Part shown: positions 43,201 through 54,715 of the stretch, one piece after another
Position numbering within the stretch: the stretch's first letter is position 1
Layout: each line of letters begins with the position of its first letter
DNA from: Macrostomum lignano
Lineage: Eukaryota
NCBI GenBank assembly: GCA_002269645.1
Contig: NIVC01002305.1
Span: 121,340-185,339 of the forward strand
Direction of reading: 5' to 3'
DNA: 64,000 nt
Made by a program: the position numbers and the translations under genes
The notes under the pieces: model-generated
Seen by the model: only the letters and a program-made list of their open reading frames with translations
Database searches by the model: none
What the model was told of the DNA's origin: nothing

Positions 43201-44049
43201 TTCAGCAGAACAAATTGAGAGACAGTAGCAATCATTGACTGGGGCAGGCATCCACTTTAACTAAGAACTTCGGTGGCAAAATTACGAGCTCAACGTCAAC
43301 CGCTCTGTCTCATCAGCTGGGCAGTGAATGAGGTGTACAAACTTAAGTCTTGGGAGCTGGCAGGTTGGGCTGGATTTACGGAATCGATAGCACAACTCTG
43401 CAGAGCTCTAGCTCATTACTCGGACGCGCTCAGCTAGAGAATATGTGAGTTTGCAGCCACAGCTCGTGCAGCCCGTGTCACTCAATATTCATAGACTCGC
43501 TCTGGCCTCCTTCCTCGTGTCGCGCTAAAAGTAAGATCGATCTGAACTCATCCTTCTCTCGCGTGTGTCCGATGCCTTCGATTTGGCAAAGCTTGCACCC
43601 ACTCTCAAACTTGGAAAGGTTTTCGTACGCGAAGCTATTGTAGATATTCATCATAACGATTCCTCTCTTTTTTCACAGTTTTTATTGAGTCTACTGAATT
43701 AGCCTACTGAAAGTAGCATGCAGAGAAAGTTTCTTAAAAAATTGGAGAGTTTAGTGAGATCTGATCGTCTTTGAAAACACGGATAGCTGCGTTTTCTGCA
43801 AGTTTTCTTTATCAGTTCAAATTACTGCACGAATTTGAAGACACTTAAAAGAACAAAAATTGCGAATAATTAGCTCGCATCATGCAGAAATTACTGCGGT
43901 TATTAAAAGTTTTTTTAGCAACAAAAAAATAAACACAGTTGAGTCATTAAACACAAATTGGTCTACGAAGGTTTTTGAACGACAACACTCTTAATAGATC
44001 AGAAAATAAGGCTGTGGAAAAGTCACCATCTTCAAATAGTGGGAAAAGG

Positions 44050-44650
44050 GGGTTATGGATGACGTCACTCTCTAAAATTGGAGGATCGGTGGTTTATGGA
44101 TGACGTCACTCTCTAAAATTAGAGGATATGTGGTTTATGGATGACGTCACTCTCTAAAATGGGGGTGGTTAATGGATGACGTCACTCTCTAAAATTGGAG
44201 GATCGGTGGTTTATGGAGTCTACTCATAAACCACCGATATGGAATCTACCCATAAACTACCCATAAACCACCGATCTACCCATAAACCAAATTATGGATG
44301 ACGTCACTCTCTAAAATTAGAGGATCTGTGGTTTATGGATGACGTCACTCTCTAAAATGGGGGTGGTTTATGGATGACGTCACTCTAAAATTGGAGGATC
44401 GGTGGTTTATGGAGTCTACTCATAAACCACCGATATGGAATCTACCCATAAACTACCCATAAACCACCGATCTACCCATAAACCAAATTATGGATGACGT
44501 CACTCTCTAAAATTAGAGGATCTGTGGTTTATGGATGACGTCACTCTCTAAAATGGGGGTGGTTTATGGATGACGTCACTCTAAAATTGGAGGATCGGTG
44601 GTTTATGGATGACGTCGCTCTCTAAAATTGGGGGTGGTCTATGGATGACG
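44050..44650 (+). repeat. About 38-41-bp composite repeat GGTTTATGGATGACGTCACTCTCTAAAAT.. with internal hairpins. Contains many TGACGTCA palindromes.
   Basis: About 10 TGACGTCA in the array, plus two more at about 44722 and 44765. Confidence 0.9.
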
Positions 44651-44779
44651 TTACTTTGTATAAACTGAAAACAGCGTTGCGAATGATTTCACTCTTGCCT
44701 AGTTAGAGAAAGAGGTTGGAGATGACGTCAAAATCTCTATAAATTTGCGGAGGGCAATTGCAGATGACGTCACAGTCTC

Positions 44780-45979
44780 TCAAATGCTCATGGCGCTGCC
44801 CCAGACGGCGCTGCAGCCAGCTACGCAGTACACAAACCAGATGAGCACAAGTCCCAATCCGCAGGCTAGTAGTGGCCAGAGGATGCAGTGAAACACCTGA
44901 CCTTGACTGAACTCTCTGCCTCTCAATGCCGAATATTCTTCCCAGCCGTTAATTGACTCCTTGCGAACGTAGCATTGGAAGCCATTGCCGTCGCTGTACA
45001 TTGTGGCGTTGAGATTCGCGATCTGGCGGGCATTGAGCAGCTTGTCCTTGTAGCAGATTCTGGATACGCACTGGAAAAAAGAAAAAAGGAAGTGAAAAAA
45101 AAGCTATTAAAGCGCGCTAATTTAGACGGTATTCGCGACAGCGCTCACTGTTCTCGTTAAAATATCCAATAAATTGATTATATAATATATAATATAATTT
45201 ATAATTTATAAAATATAATATAATATAATATTTAAAAAAACAAGCATGATAGTAAAGATAAAAAAGTATTTTCATAATGAAACTTAAATTCTTTGAAAAA
45301 ATGATCGGAAAGGCAATATTTTCTATCTTGAAATTTATACTCTTAAAATTACCTAAATGAAAGGCAACGATAATTTTATTAAAATGAGTTAAAAAGTATA
45401 AAGCGTCGTACAGTCTTTGTTGTCTTATCATTAGGCTATGTATTATTATTACTATTATTATTAGCAAAATTGCTGGGTTCAATTCTAGATACACTTTTCC
45501 AGGAAAACTTTTGAACAAAAAAAGTAGCATTAAAACAAAATATTGCATCAAAACAAAAAACGTGTTCAAACCTTAGCTGGCAGGGTAGCCTCTGCATAGT
45601 AGGTATACATGAGATAGATTGTGGCAACACCAGCATCAGCGAATCCGCTCGAAGTTCCATTGAAGGTGACTCGAACTGTCAAACACGGAAAACTCGATGG
45701 GTCTCTGGAGAACACGTCCTGACAGAACTGATCTCCGGTGTAATAACTCGATTGGAATTCGCACACTGCAGCCTTGAATTTGTGCTCATTTAAATAGGGC
45801 CCAATGATGATGCCCAGGCAGATCATTTCAACTACGAAGCCGAGAGTGAACAGGGTGCCACCGAGTAGGTACAGCCACCTGCCGGCGCCCAGAACGATGC
45901 ACAACCGATCGCACCGACCGCCCTCTGCTGCTCCTCCAGTTGAACGCCGATTTCCTGTCGAGCTTCGATTCTTTGCCAT
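44780..45979 (-). CDS. BK-channel beta-subunit-like protein A (KCNMB/CaKB-TipE family, 2 TM). Exons 45979-45572 and 45070-44780. 232 aa.
   Basis: TM1 ends ..IIIGPY. The Cys-rich loop contains SSFPCLTVRVTFNGT, K|CVSRIC and FQCY. TM2 is preceded by R.FSQGQVFHCILWP. This mirrors the KCNMB pattern YPCL.V.V / CSY.P.C / F.C / LFWP. The phase-0 intron has AAG|GTTTGA and polypyrimidine-CAG|TGC. Confidence 0.82.
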
Positions 45980-46129
45980 GGTTTTAGCCTAGTTTATGGC
46001 TCGATTACTCTTGGGAGAGATCGGCTACTGAAAGTATAAGTACAGGCTTGCTACTATATAAATTTGTCACTTTGGTAAAAAGTCACCATAACAGGTTCAG
46101 ACCCTCCTGTTGAATCGTGAACCTATGGT

Positions 46130-46885
46130 TCTACCCATTGAGTCGTGAACTTGGGGGTTCTACCCCTCTGTCGAGTCGTGAACTTGGGGGTTCTACCCCT
46201 CTGTCGAGTCGTGAACTTGGGGGTTCTACCCCTCTGTCGAGTCGTGAACTTGGGGGTTCTACCCCTCTGTCGAGTCGTGAACTTGGGGGTTCTACCCCTC
46301 CTGTCGAGTCGTGAACTTGGGGGTTCTACCCCTCTGTCGAGTCGTGAACTTGGGGGTTCTACCCCTCTGTCGAGTCGTGAACTTGGGGATTCTACCCCTC
46401 CTGTCGAGTCGTGAACTTGGGGATTCTACCCCTCTGTCGAGTCGTGAACTTGGGGGTTCTACCCCTCTGTCGAGTCGTGAACTTGGGGGTTCTACCCCTC
46501 TGTCGAGTCGTGAACTTGGGGATTCTACCCCTCCTGTCGAGTCGTGAACTTGGGGGTTCTACCCCTCCTGTCGAGTCGTGAACTTGGGGATTCTACCCCT
46601 CCTGTCGAGTCGTGAACTTGGGGGCTCTACCTCTTCTATTGAGTCGTAGACTTAGGGTTCTACCCCTTCTATTGAGTCGTAGACTTAGGGTTCTACCCCT
46701 TCTATTGAGTCGTAGACTTAGGGTTCTACCCCTTCTATTGAGTCGTAGACTGAGGGTTCTACCCCTTCTATTGAGTCGTAGACTTAGGGTTCTACCCCTT
46801 CTATTGAGTCGTAGACGGGGTTCTACCCCTTCTATTGAGTCGTAGACGGGGTTCTACCCCTCCTATTGAATCGTGAACTTGGGGG
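46130..46885 (+). repeat. 33-bp minisatellite AGTCGTGAACTTGGGGGTTCTACCCCTCTGTCG, probably inside a 5'-UTR intron of gene A.
   Basis: Period 33 measured at 46141/46174. On the minus strand there is a strong donor CG|GTAAGT at 47054 and an acceptor CTAG| at 45989, 9 nt before the ATG. Confidence 0.9.
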
Positions 46886-47405
46886 TTCCAGCCCTCCCAT
46901 TGGGCTAGTTCCTACGGGTCCAGTTGAGCCGTGATCCTGAGTTCCTACCTGTCATCGAATCGTATATAGGGTTCCCAGTCGTATGATCATGACGAGTTGG
47001 AATATAGCTAACATGCAGGCAAGATATTAGAATCGATCATTTAGCTTCACTTACCGTTTTGTCCTGCTCTCTAAATAGAATCCCGTGCTTTAATTGTTAA
47101 TCCATCTGAGTATGCAAAATCCGTTTTAAAAAAACGTAGCTACTCTTAGAGAATAAAATAACGTTCAAGGCAAAGGAGGCAGAGAGAGAGCCAGAGTTGA
47201 ACACGCGTTGGTTGGTACAGCCCTTGTTAAACCTACTCAAGCCTTATAAATCCGATAGCTAGACCACGGAGCCATGGCTGCACCCATTTGCTCACAGAAA
47301 ACCCTCCCTCTCTCTGTCCCTCTCTAAATCCCAATTGGGATCTTAGGGAGAAGGGAAAACACCGCACAAATAATGCATAGGCCTGAGGGGCATTTTTCTT
47401 ATTCT

Positions 47406-47407
<2 letters not shown>

Positions 47408-47468
<61 letters not shown>
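47408..47468 (+). repeat. (CT)n microsatellite. Similar tracts occur at 42630-42668 and, as (GA)n, at 58108-58141.
   Basis: Directly visible. Confidence 0.95.
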
Positions 47469-47473
<5 letters not shown>

Positions 47474-47788
47474 AGTGCGGTTTGTTCGAGAGCTGTAATA
47501 GAGCTGGAATCAGCGGCATGCAATGGCCGGTCAGAAACCTGACACCATAATACGAGTTGAAAATGCGTAGTTCTCTACATGTAACTCAGCTTTGTCCATG
47601 CAGAGCTGCATGCCCTGAGCCAAGTGTTGGAACTTGGACATTTTTTTACTATCAAATTGGCACAGTTAAAGCAGCTATTGCAATTCATTTTCAACCCAAG
47701 TGGCAAAATGCCAAATCAAGTTGTAAATTGTTAATTCAGAGCTACCAAAAGGCCAAGACGTGTGCATCATTCATAGTCATTTCAAGTA

Positions 47789-48802
47789 CGAGGGGTGTTC
47801 GGAAAATTCGGACGCTTTTAATCCCAGACCAAAAACAGTAGCAGCTGCAAGCACAACTTTGGTGTCATTTAAAAGCGGCACATCCTTTTCAATGAATTCA
47901 GTCGCGTGTATTTTGGTCATTTCTGTCAAAATTTACGTGAGAAAAACCATAGCAATGCCATTATTCGATTATATCACTGCCACTAATCCACTAATCCATA
48001 TGATCGATTACGGATTATCGATCGATTATTGATCACCGATTATGGATTATCGATCGATTATTGATCACCGATTATGGATTATCGATCGATTATTGATCAC
48101 CGATTATGGATTATCGATCGATTATTTATCACCGATTATGGATTATCGATCGATTATTGATCACCGATTATGTATTATCGATCGATTATTGATCACCGAT
48201 TATGGATTATCGATCGATTATTGATCACCGATTATGGAGTATCGATCGATTATTGATCACCCATTATGGAGTATCGATCGATTATTGATCACCGATTATG
48301 GAGTATCGATCGATTATTGATCACCGATTATGGAGTATCGATCGATTATTGATCACCGATTATGGAGTATCGATCGATTATTGATCACCGATTATGGATT
48401 ATCGATCGATTATTGATCACCGATTATGGATTATCGATCGATTATTGATCACCGATTATGGAGTATCGATCGATTATTGATCACCGATTATGGAGTATCG
48501 ATCGATTATTGATCACCACCGACTATCTCTGATTATTGACACCATCGTGAGCGTGATGAATGACTAAAATTCATTTTTGAGGACATCGCTTTTTATATAT
48601 TTTAAACTTTTACAAACATTTACAGACATACATTGCGATGGTTTTTTCACGTAACTTTTGAAAGAAATGACCAAATTACACTCGAATGAATTCATGGGAA
48701 AAATATGTGCCGCTTTAAAATGACACCAAAGTTGTGCTTGCAGCTGCTATACTGTTTTTGCTCTGGGATTAAAAGTGTCAGAACTTTCCCCGACACCCCT
48801 CG
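47789..48802. mobile_element. Tc1/mariner-type non-autonomous element (MITE) with about 170-bp imperfect TIRs and a TA target duplication.
   Basis: The left end TA|CGAGGGGTGTTCGGAAAATTCGGACGCTTTTAATCCCAGA...GCAGCTGCAAGCACAACTTTGGTGTCATTT matches the reverse complement of the right end ...TCTGGGATTAAAAGTGTCAGAACTTTCCCCGACACCCCTCG|TA. No transposase ORF is present. Confidence 0.88.
48000..48520 (+). repeat. 32-bp GATC-rich minisatellite CCGATTATGGATTATCGATCGATTATTGATCA inside the MITE.
   Basis: Period 32 measured at 48031/48063/48095. Confidence 0.95.
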
Positions 48803-49249
48803 TATAGAAGACTCACTCGTTTCTGTGCAGTTTCTCTTGTGCCCAGCTGCTCCGCCAAATGCAAGTTGGTTCGGCCTTTTGTATCCATGGTCGCTATTGC
48901 GCAACAGTTGCGCAACAGAAGCGCTCTGATTGGCTAATCTGCAGATCAACTGAATTTTATGCACTTTTGAGTTGGCTATTGTGCTACTTGACAGGAAAAA
49001 AACAGACGACGCAATCTACGCCACGCCCGCGTTGCTCATCTTAACTGTGGGTGGGGACAATTCGCGTCACAAAGTCCTAGTTTAGTCTGGTGAGGAGAGA
49101 GCAGCTGAAAGTTATGAGTAGGGTTGGATTAAAGCTGCCACCTGTTGAAATGTATTATGACGATGACATGCAAATATCATTGAAAAGCTACCCTGTAACC
49201 ATTTCAGGTTTTGCTCTGCACCCCATTGACTAAAACAGCGCTAACGGAC

Positions 49250-50787
49250 ATGGCTCTTCGCCGCTGTCACCGCCTCTGCAATGTGATCGGCATAGCCAAA
49301 TACGTTTTTCTTACCTGTGTATCACTAATCACCTGCGGAGTCATAGTTGGCGGTATCCTAGCTTATTTAATCATTCTGCCGTACTACCGAGAGGCGCGAT
49401 TCGAGCAGACCAGCTGCGTGTACCTTGGCGAAGAGATGAAGCGTATTATTGACTGCGAAAGCAAGTGCGCCAAGGATAGAAGCAGCTATCCCTGCTACAT
49501 GGTCAGGGTCAACATCTCGGGCGTGCCTGAGCAAGGTGTACTGTTTGAAAATTTTCTCACTTATCTGGAGCAAGATAAGGTAACTTTGTTGAAGAAACTG
49601 CACTGTTCAGTTTCTGTTCCTGAAATTGTGAAACATCTAATCTTTGAAAAAATGATATATTCATCAGAGTTGCCTAACGTGTAGGATCCTCTTTTGTTTC
49701 TGTATGAACCTTATTCAAAATTAAACAAATCTCCGACGAAAAATAAAATACAGGTTAGGTCAGAGAAAAACCTTAAAATCTCTGACCCCCTGTGTAGTGC
49801 GTACACTCACGAATGTACATCTATTTAACACCAAAGCAAAGCCAATTAACCACCCCCCGGAAATCACTGACGCAGTGACGCTCCATTCTGGGCCAGACCT
49901 GAAAACAATTCTTACCCCCCTGCTGCGCCTCCGCCCCCCTCAATTGAAGAAATGTTTAATGTACATCTAAATATAGGTGGAGAGATACCCACTATTTCTC
50001 GGACCGCATGTGTACACTCACGAATGTACATCTAGTCAACGCCATAGAAGTCACTGGCGCTCCAATCTGGGCCAGGCCTGAAAACAATTCTTACCCCCTG
50101 CTGCGCCTCCGCCCCCCCCCCACGAAAGTCACTGGCGCTCCAATCTGGGCCAGGCCTGAAAACAATTCTTACCCCTGCTGCGCCTCCCCTCCCACGAAAG
50201 TCACTGGCGCTCCAATCTGGGCCAGGCCTGAAAACAATTCTTACCCCTGCTGCGCCTCCCCTCCCACGAAAGTCACTGGCGCTCCAATCTGGGCCAGGCC
50301 TGAAAACAATTCTTACCCCCTGCTGCTGAGAGTGATCCCAACTCTCTAACGGCAGTGTACACTAACAAATGTACATTTAGAAAAGGGGCAAAGGCGAAAC
50401 CAAACCAATTACCCCAGCAAACTCTAACCCCCTACGTACACTCATTCTAGTCTAAAACAATTATAACCCCCGGCTGCGCCTCCACCGCCCTTCCAGACAA
50501 ACTGCAGCTCGGCGCCCTGCCTACCCGAGGCGGTAGAAAACGTGGAAATGACCCAGCGCTACATTAAAACCCTGCGACGTCGCCGCAATTTCACCTGCTA
50601 TTTTCGCGGCCCAGACTCTCGCCAGAAGAACTCGGTGCTGCTCACTAAGATCTACACAAAAGAGCAGGCTAAGCACTGCGCCATCTGGCCAGCATTTGCC
50701 GTCTCAATTGGCGCCATTGTGCTCATCGGAACTCACTACTGCGCTGGGTGCACCGTGTGGACTCAAGATAAAACTGTTATTGCCTGA
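49250..50787 (+). CDS. BK-channel beta-subunit-like protein B. Exons 49250-49579 and 50497-50787. 206 aa.
   Basis: MALRRCHRLC...TM1...LPYYREARFEQTSC...CESKCAKDRSSYPCYMVRVNIS...QDK|TNCSSAPC...FTCY...KIYTKEQAKHCAIWPAFAVSIGAIVLIGTHYCAGCTVW. Donor AAG|GTAACT, acceptor TTCCAG|ACA, phase 0. Confidence 0.82.
49790..50340 (+). repeat. About 64-bp tandem repeat GAAAGTCACTGGCGCTCCAATCTGGGCCAGGCCTGAAAACAATTCTTACCCC.. in the gene B intron.
   Basis: Four near-perfect copies at 50047-50320 and a degenerate copy near 49860. Confidence 0.88.
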
Positions 50788-51105
50788 TCGATGCATAGCA
50801 TCTTGATCAGACTGATCGACACTCAATCAATGAACAAGAACAGAAAAAACAGAAGCACTAGCTATGCATGATGCTGTTGTCATTTTCTCTATTTTCTCGA
50901 AAAATTATTTCATACATTTTACATTTTACAGCAAGAAAATTATCGGCTTAAAAGCGCACAAAAATTTGGTTTTCAATAACGAAACGCACCGTCATACTTA
51001 CATTGATTTAAAGACTTCTTCTAAGATATTAAACCAATTTGCTTAAATTCTGATAGAATAGCTAAAACATGATCTCTGTTCCTGACAGTAGTATTATGAG
51101 CATTT

Positions 51106-52850
51106 GACGATCAGACCGACGCTCGATGCCACCTCGACCAGCCTGTCGATCTGGCGCTGGGCGCCTTCAACGGACGAGGACAGGAGGGCGAGGTCGTCGG
51201 CGTAGCCAAGCACGCTCAGGCGCTTTTCGCCGTGTCGGCGACCGATGCGTCTGCGCAGCAGGAAGCCGTCATTAGCCGAGGGGAGTGCGGTCCGAAGCAC
51301 CCAGTCCAGCAGCAGCACGAAGAGGAACGGCGCTAGCGTGTCGCCCTGCAGAACTCCTGATGAAGTATCGAACAGGTCAGACAGGCCGTCCGCCGTCACC
51401 ACAGCAGCTCGAGTATTGCAATACAGCGCCATGACTGCGTCGATTAGCTGCTGGGGTACCCGGTAGGCTCGAAGGACAAAGGGAAGTGCGGCTCTCAACA
51501 CCGAGTCAAACGCCTTTCGAAAGTCAACGAAGACAATGATCAGCGTAGACTGGCGGATGCGCGCCTCCTCGATGACCCGGCAGAGTGCGAGGATCTGTGT
51601 CACTGTACCGCGTGTTGCGGCCGGAATCCGTTCTGCTCGTACCGCAGGTACGGGTCCAGCACCGACTGCAGACGATCGAGCAGCAGCCGGTTGAAGAGCT
51701 TCGCGGTGCAGGACATCAGCGAGATCCCGCGGTGGTCTTCTTTCCGCGTTGTCCCTGCCTTCTTCGGGATCGGCACGATGTGCGCGACGGTCCACTCGGT
51801 TAGGCGCAGGAGCGCCAGCGAGCACGTGGTTCATGACGCCTGTGACCTGGGAGGGCACACAGCGGAGCCGCAGCGCTTCGACCGGGACTTCGTCGGGGCC
51901 GAGCGCCTTGCCGCCTGATGTTTTCCGAGCGAACAGCACAACGTTCTCCTTGGTGACTGGTCTGGTGCAGAAGTCCTCCTCAGCTGGGAGCGGCGTGTCC
52001 AGTGGGAGCGCAAAGCTGGCGGGCAGCGGCGACGCGGGCGCGTTCACGATGCCGGCGAAGAAGTCGCGCAATTCATTCCTGCGCTCCTCCGGGGTGTCGC
52101 CGGCCAGGTTCAGCGCCACGCGCTTTTTGCGCCCGTCAGAGTCCGGACGGCCGTCCATACTGCGCGGCTCTTCACGTCGGGGCCGGCTGCAGTGATGGAC
52201 CTAATGGCGTCGTTGACAGCGGCCTGCTGCCGCTCGTCAAGAAGGCGCTCAAATGCGTCTTCAGCGTCGCCTGTGGGCCTCCGGTTTCTGCGGAGTCGCT
52301 CGATGTTGAGCCGCGCCTGCCTGATGATGGGGTCGCTCTGCCAGACAGGCAGCGATTTCTGCGCTGGTCGCATCAGCGGGACCGTCTGCTCTGCAGCGGC
52401 TCTAACGGCGGTGCTGATGTCGGAATACTCCACCTCGCGCTGGTATCCAAGCGCGCCGACGAAGGCACCCGCGAATTGACGCTTCACGCGGGTGTCCAAC
52501 AGTGCGCGATAGTAGCGCCGTGGCCGCTGCTTTGGCGGTCGGTAGAGCTGGTCGCGGAGCCGCAAGTCGCAGATCAGGAGTCGGTGGTCTGACCGGAGAG
52601 CCAGCGGAGCCATGGTGTCGCAGTTGGTGACGCGGCGGCGCTCGCGAGTGCGAACCAGCGCATGATCGAGTTGCGCCAGTCTCCTCGTGGCATTCCGCCC
52701 GCGTGCGTTCCGCCGCCTTCTCTTGCAGCCCGCAAAGGTGACCAGGCGGGCAGGGGGCTTGCGGAACTGGGTGTTCGCGGACACCAGATCCAGCCGGTCA
52801 AGCAGGTCCTCCAGCGCATCGGTATTGGCGTCCTCAAGCGCAACATGCAC
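51106..52850 (-). pseudogene. Inverted 5' segment of the LINE ORF (endonuclease C-terminus plus RT core), with frameshifts near 52140, 51800 and 51615.
   Basis: The alternative frame between about 51800 and 51615 restores TEWTVAHIVPIPKKAG...DHRGISLMSCTAKLFNRLLLDRLQ..LDPYLRYEQNGFRP, the conserved RT domains 1-2. Confidence 0.88.
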
Positions 52851-53465
52851 AGGTGCTGACTGTGCCGGCCGACATCCCAGCGGACCTGACGTGCCGCGGC
52901 GCAGACTGGCAGACGACCAAGCTCGCACGCTGCCAGCGGTTCACCTACCTCGGCGGTCTGGTGCCCCACGTGGAGGAAGACCTCCGGCGGCGCAGGGGAT
53001 TCGCCTGGGCGGCCTTTCGTTCGATCCGAGCCGTCCTCCAGTCTGAAGCGCTGCCCGACCGCCAGAGGGCTCGGCTGTGGCAGGCGGTGGTCGAAACCGT
53101 CCTGCTCTACAACGCCGAGACGTGGACGCTGACGGCTACGCTAGAGCGCTAGACGCTAGACGTTACGCTAGAGCGGCAGCTGGACTCGGCGCACTCAGGA
53201 CTGCTCCGTGCGGCCTTTCGAGCTGACGAGAGCGTCGGGACCGAGGCCCTGTACGATCGGGCCAAGCTGCAGCGCCCGTCCACCATCCTGCGCCGGTGGC
53301 GACTTCAACTGGCGGGCCACGTGATCCGGGCCGAGGGCTACTGCCCCCAACCTGTTCAGGACGTCCTGCTGCTCACCTTGCAGGGTCCGTTCAGGCGGGG
53401 TCTGGCCCGAACCCGTCGATACGTGGACTGCCTGCTGTGCGACGCTGGGGCGCCCCGACACTGAC
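52851..53465 (+). pseudogene. Sense 3' segment of the LINE ORF (end of RT and thumb region), interrupted by a short ACGCTAGA(G) duplication at about 53140-53175.
   Basis: Translation gives FTYLGG..RRRRGFAWAAF..LYNAETWTLTATLER[dup]QLDSAHSGLLRAAF...RRWRLQLAGHVIRA. Confidence 0.85.
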
Positions 53466-54715
53466 TTCGTTCGCTCCCAGGCTCTGCGGCGCGCCATCTG
53501 ACGCGCCCTGCCCTAACTGTGACTTTGCATGCGGGTTGCGTATTTTGTTGTTGTTGTTGTTTTTGAGCATTTATTGCAATAATCAACCTTTTTATAACAA
53601 AACGAGAGAAACATGTAGGCAAATAACTGAGTGTATTTTACACAAAAATAAATTTAAGTGTCTTGACGGCATTAAATTCCATAATAAACCAATATGAATA
53701 GAGTGCAAAGGGCTGAAAATGATCTGAAAATGTTAAGACGCGTAGCTGCCTGAGCAGCCAATTAATATAAATTACCAGTTTTTAATTTTATTTAAGAATC
53801 CGAGCATTCATTTCAAGACAATGCCAATCATATTCAACAATATTTCTACTCTTGTCTATGGTCAAAACAGTCTATGGCACAGGCACGACAAAGCATTGAA
53901 TTTAAGACATAGAGCAGTCAAATTCAGACAAGTGCCGCCAATGGAGCTGGAGAGTCCTCCAGACGGATACCATCTACAGAATTGGAGTTCCCTTGGTGCT
54001 GCAGAGAATCGCGGAGTCAGGCGTGGATGTCATCCCGGTTGTCATGAGGGCACCCTGGTTAGCTCACGCACTGCGCTTCCTGACCAGCTGCTTGGCCCAT
54101 GAAAATATCTGATTGAGCACACATGTGGCCTGACAGTTTAGTCACAGTCGCTATAAAATATGTGCATCACAAAATGCCAATTCACTTTATCACTTGTTCG
54201 ACTTCTGCGTCACAAATTACGCATTTTTTGTCTAAAGGCTCCGAGTTTTAATGTCTGAACCATACATCTTATATACATATGATCTATGGTCTGAACTCAA
54301 CTGGTTAATGTCTTAAATACTCTCCCCATACACGGTTTTAGCCATAGACAATCGTGGAAGTGTGGCTTGAATATGGTTAGTCCTAGCCGTGTCTTATATT
54401 CAATGGATCTCCCCATACACGGTAATGGCCATAGACTATCGTGGAAGCGGTGGGTTGAATATGGCCGTGTCTTAAATTGAATTCTTACCCAATACACGGT
54501 TTCGCCCATTGACATTCTCAGCGGGCGGTCTGTCTGCTGTGCGTTCCAGCTTCGACATATTCAGGCATAGCAACCTAACACGCATTGAATGCATGCAACA
54601 TGTATGGAATTAAGCTTTTGTCGTAATACCAAAGATCAGAATTATCTCTATATGACCAAATCCAAAGGTCTAATATAAATGAGCAATCTACTCAACTCGT
54701 AGTTCTACTGGCTAT

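Larger units (their letters stand above)
51106..53563. mobile_element. RTE-like non-LTR retrotransposon, 5'-truncated and 5'-inverted, flanked by a 9-bp TSD TGAGCATTT (51097-51105 and 53564-53572), with a (TTG)n tail.
   Basis: The minus strand (about 52850-51106) encodes the APE endonuclease C-terminus (NTQFRK, LDH, SDH) and RT domains: VDFRKAFDSV, GVLQGDTLAPFLF, YADD, ..VGLIV. The plus strand (about 52851-53465) continues with VLTVP..FTYLG..RARLWQAVVETVLLYNAETW..LQLAGHVIR, then a 3' UTR and TTGTTGTTG tail. Clade assignment is by motif similarity from memory. Confidence 0.93.
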
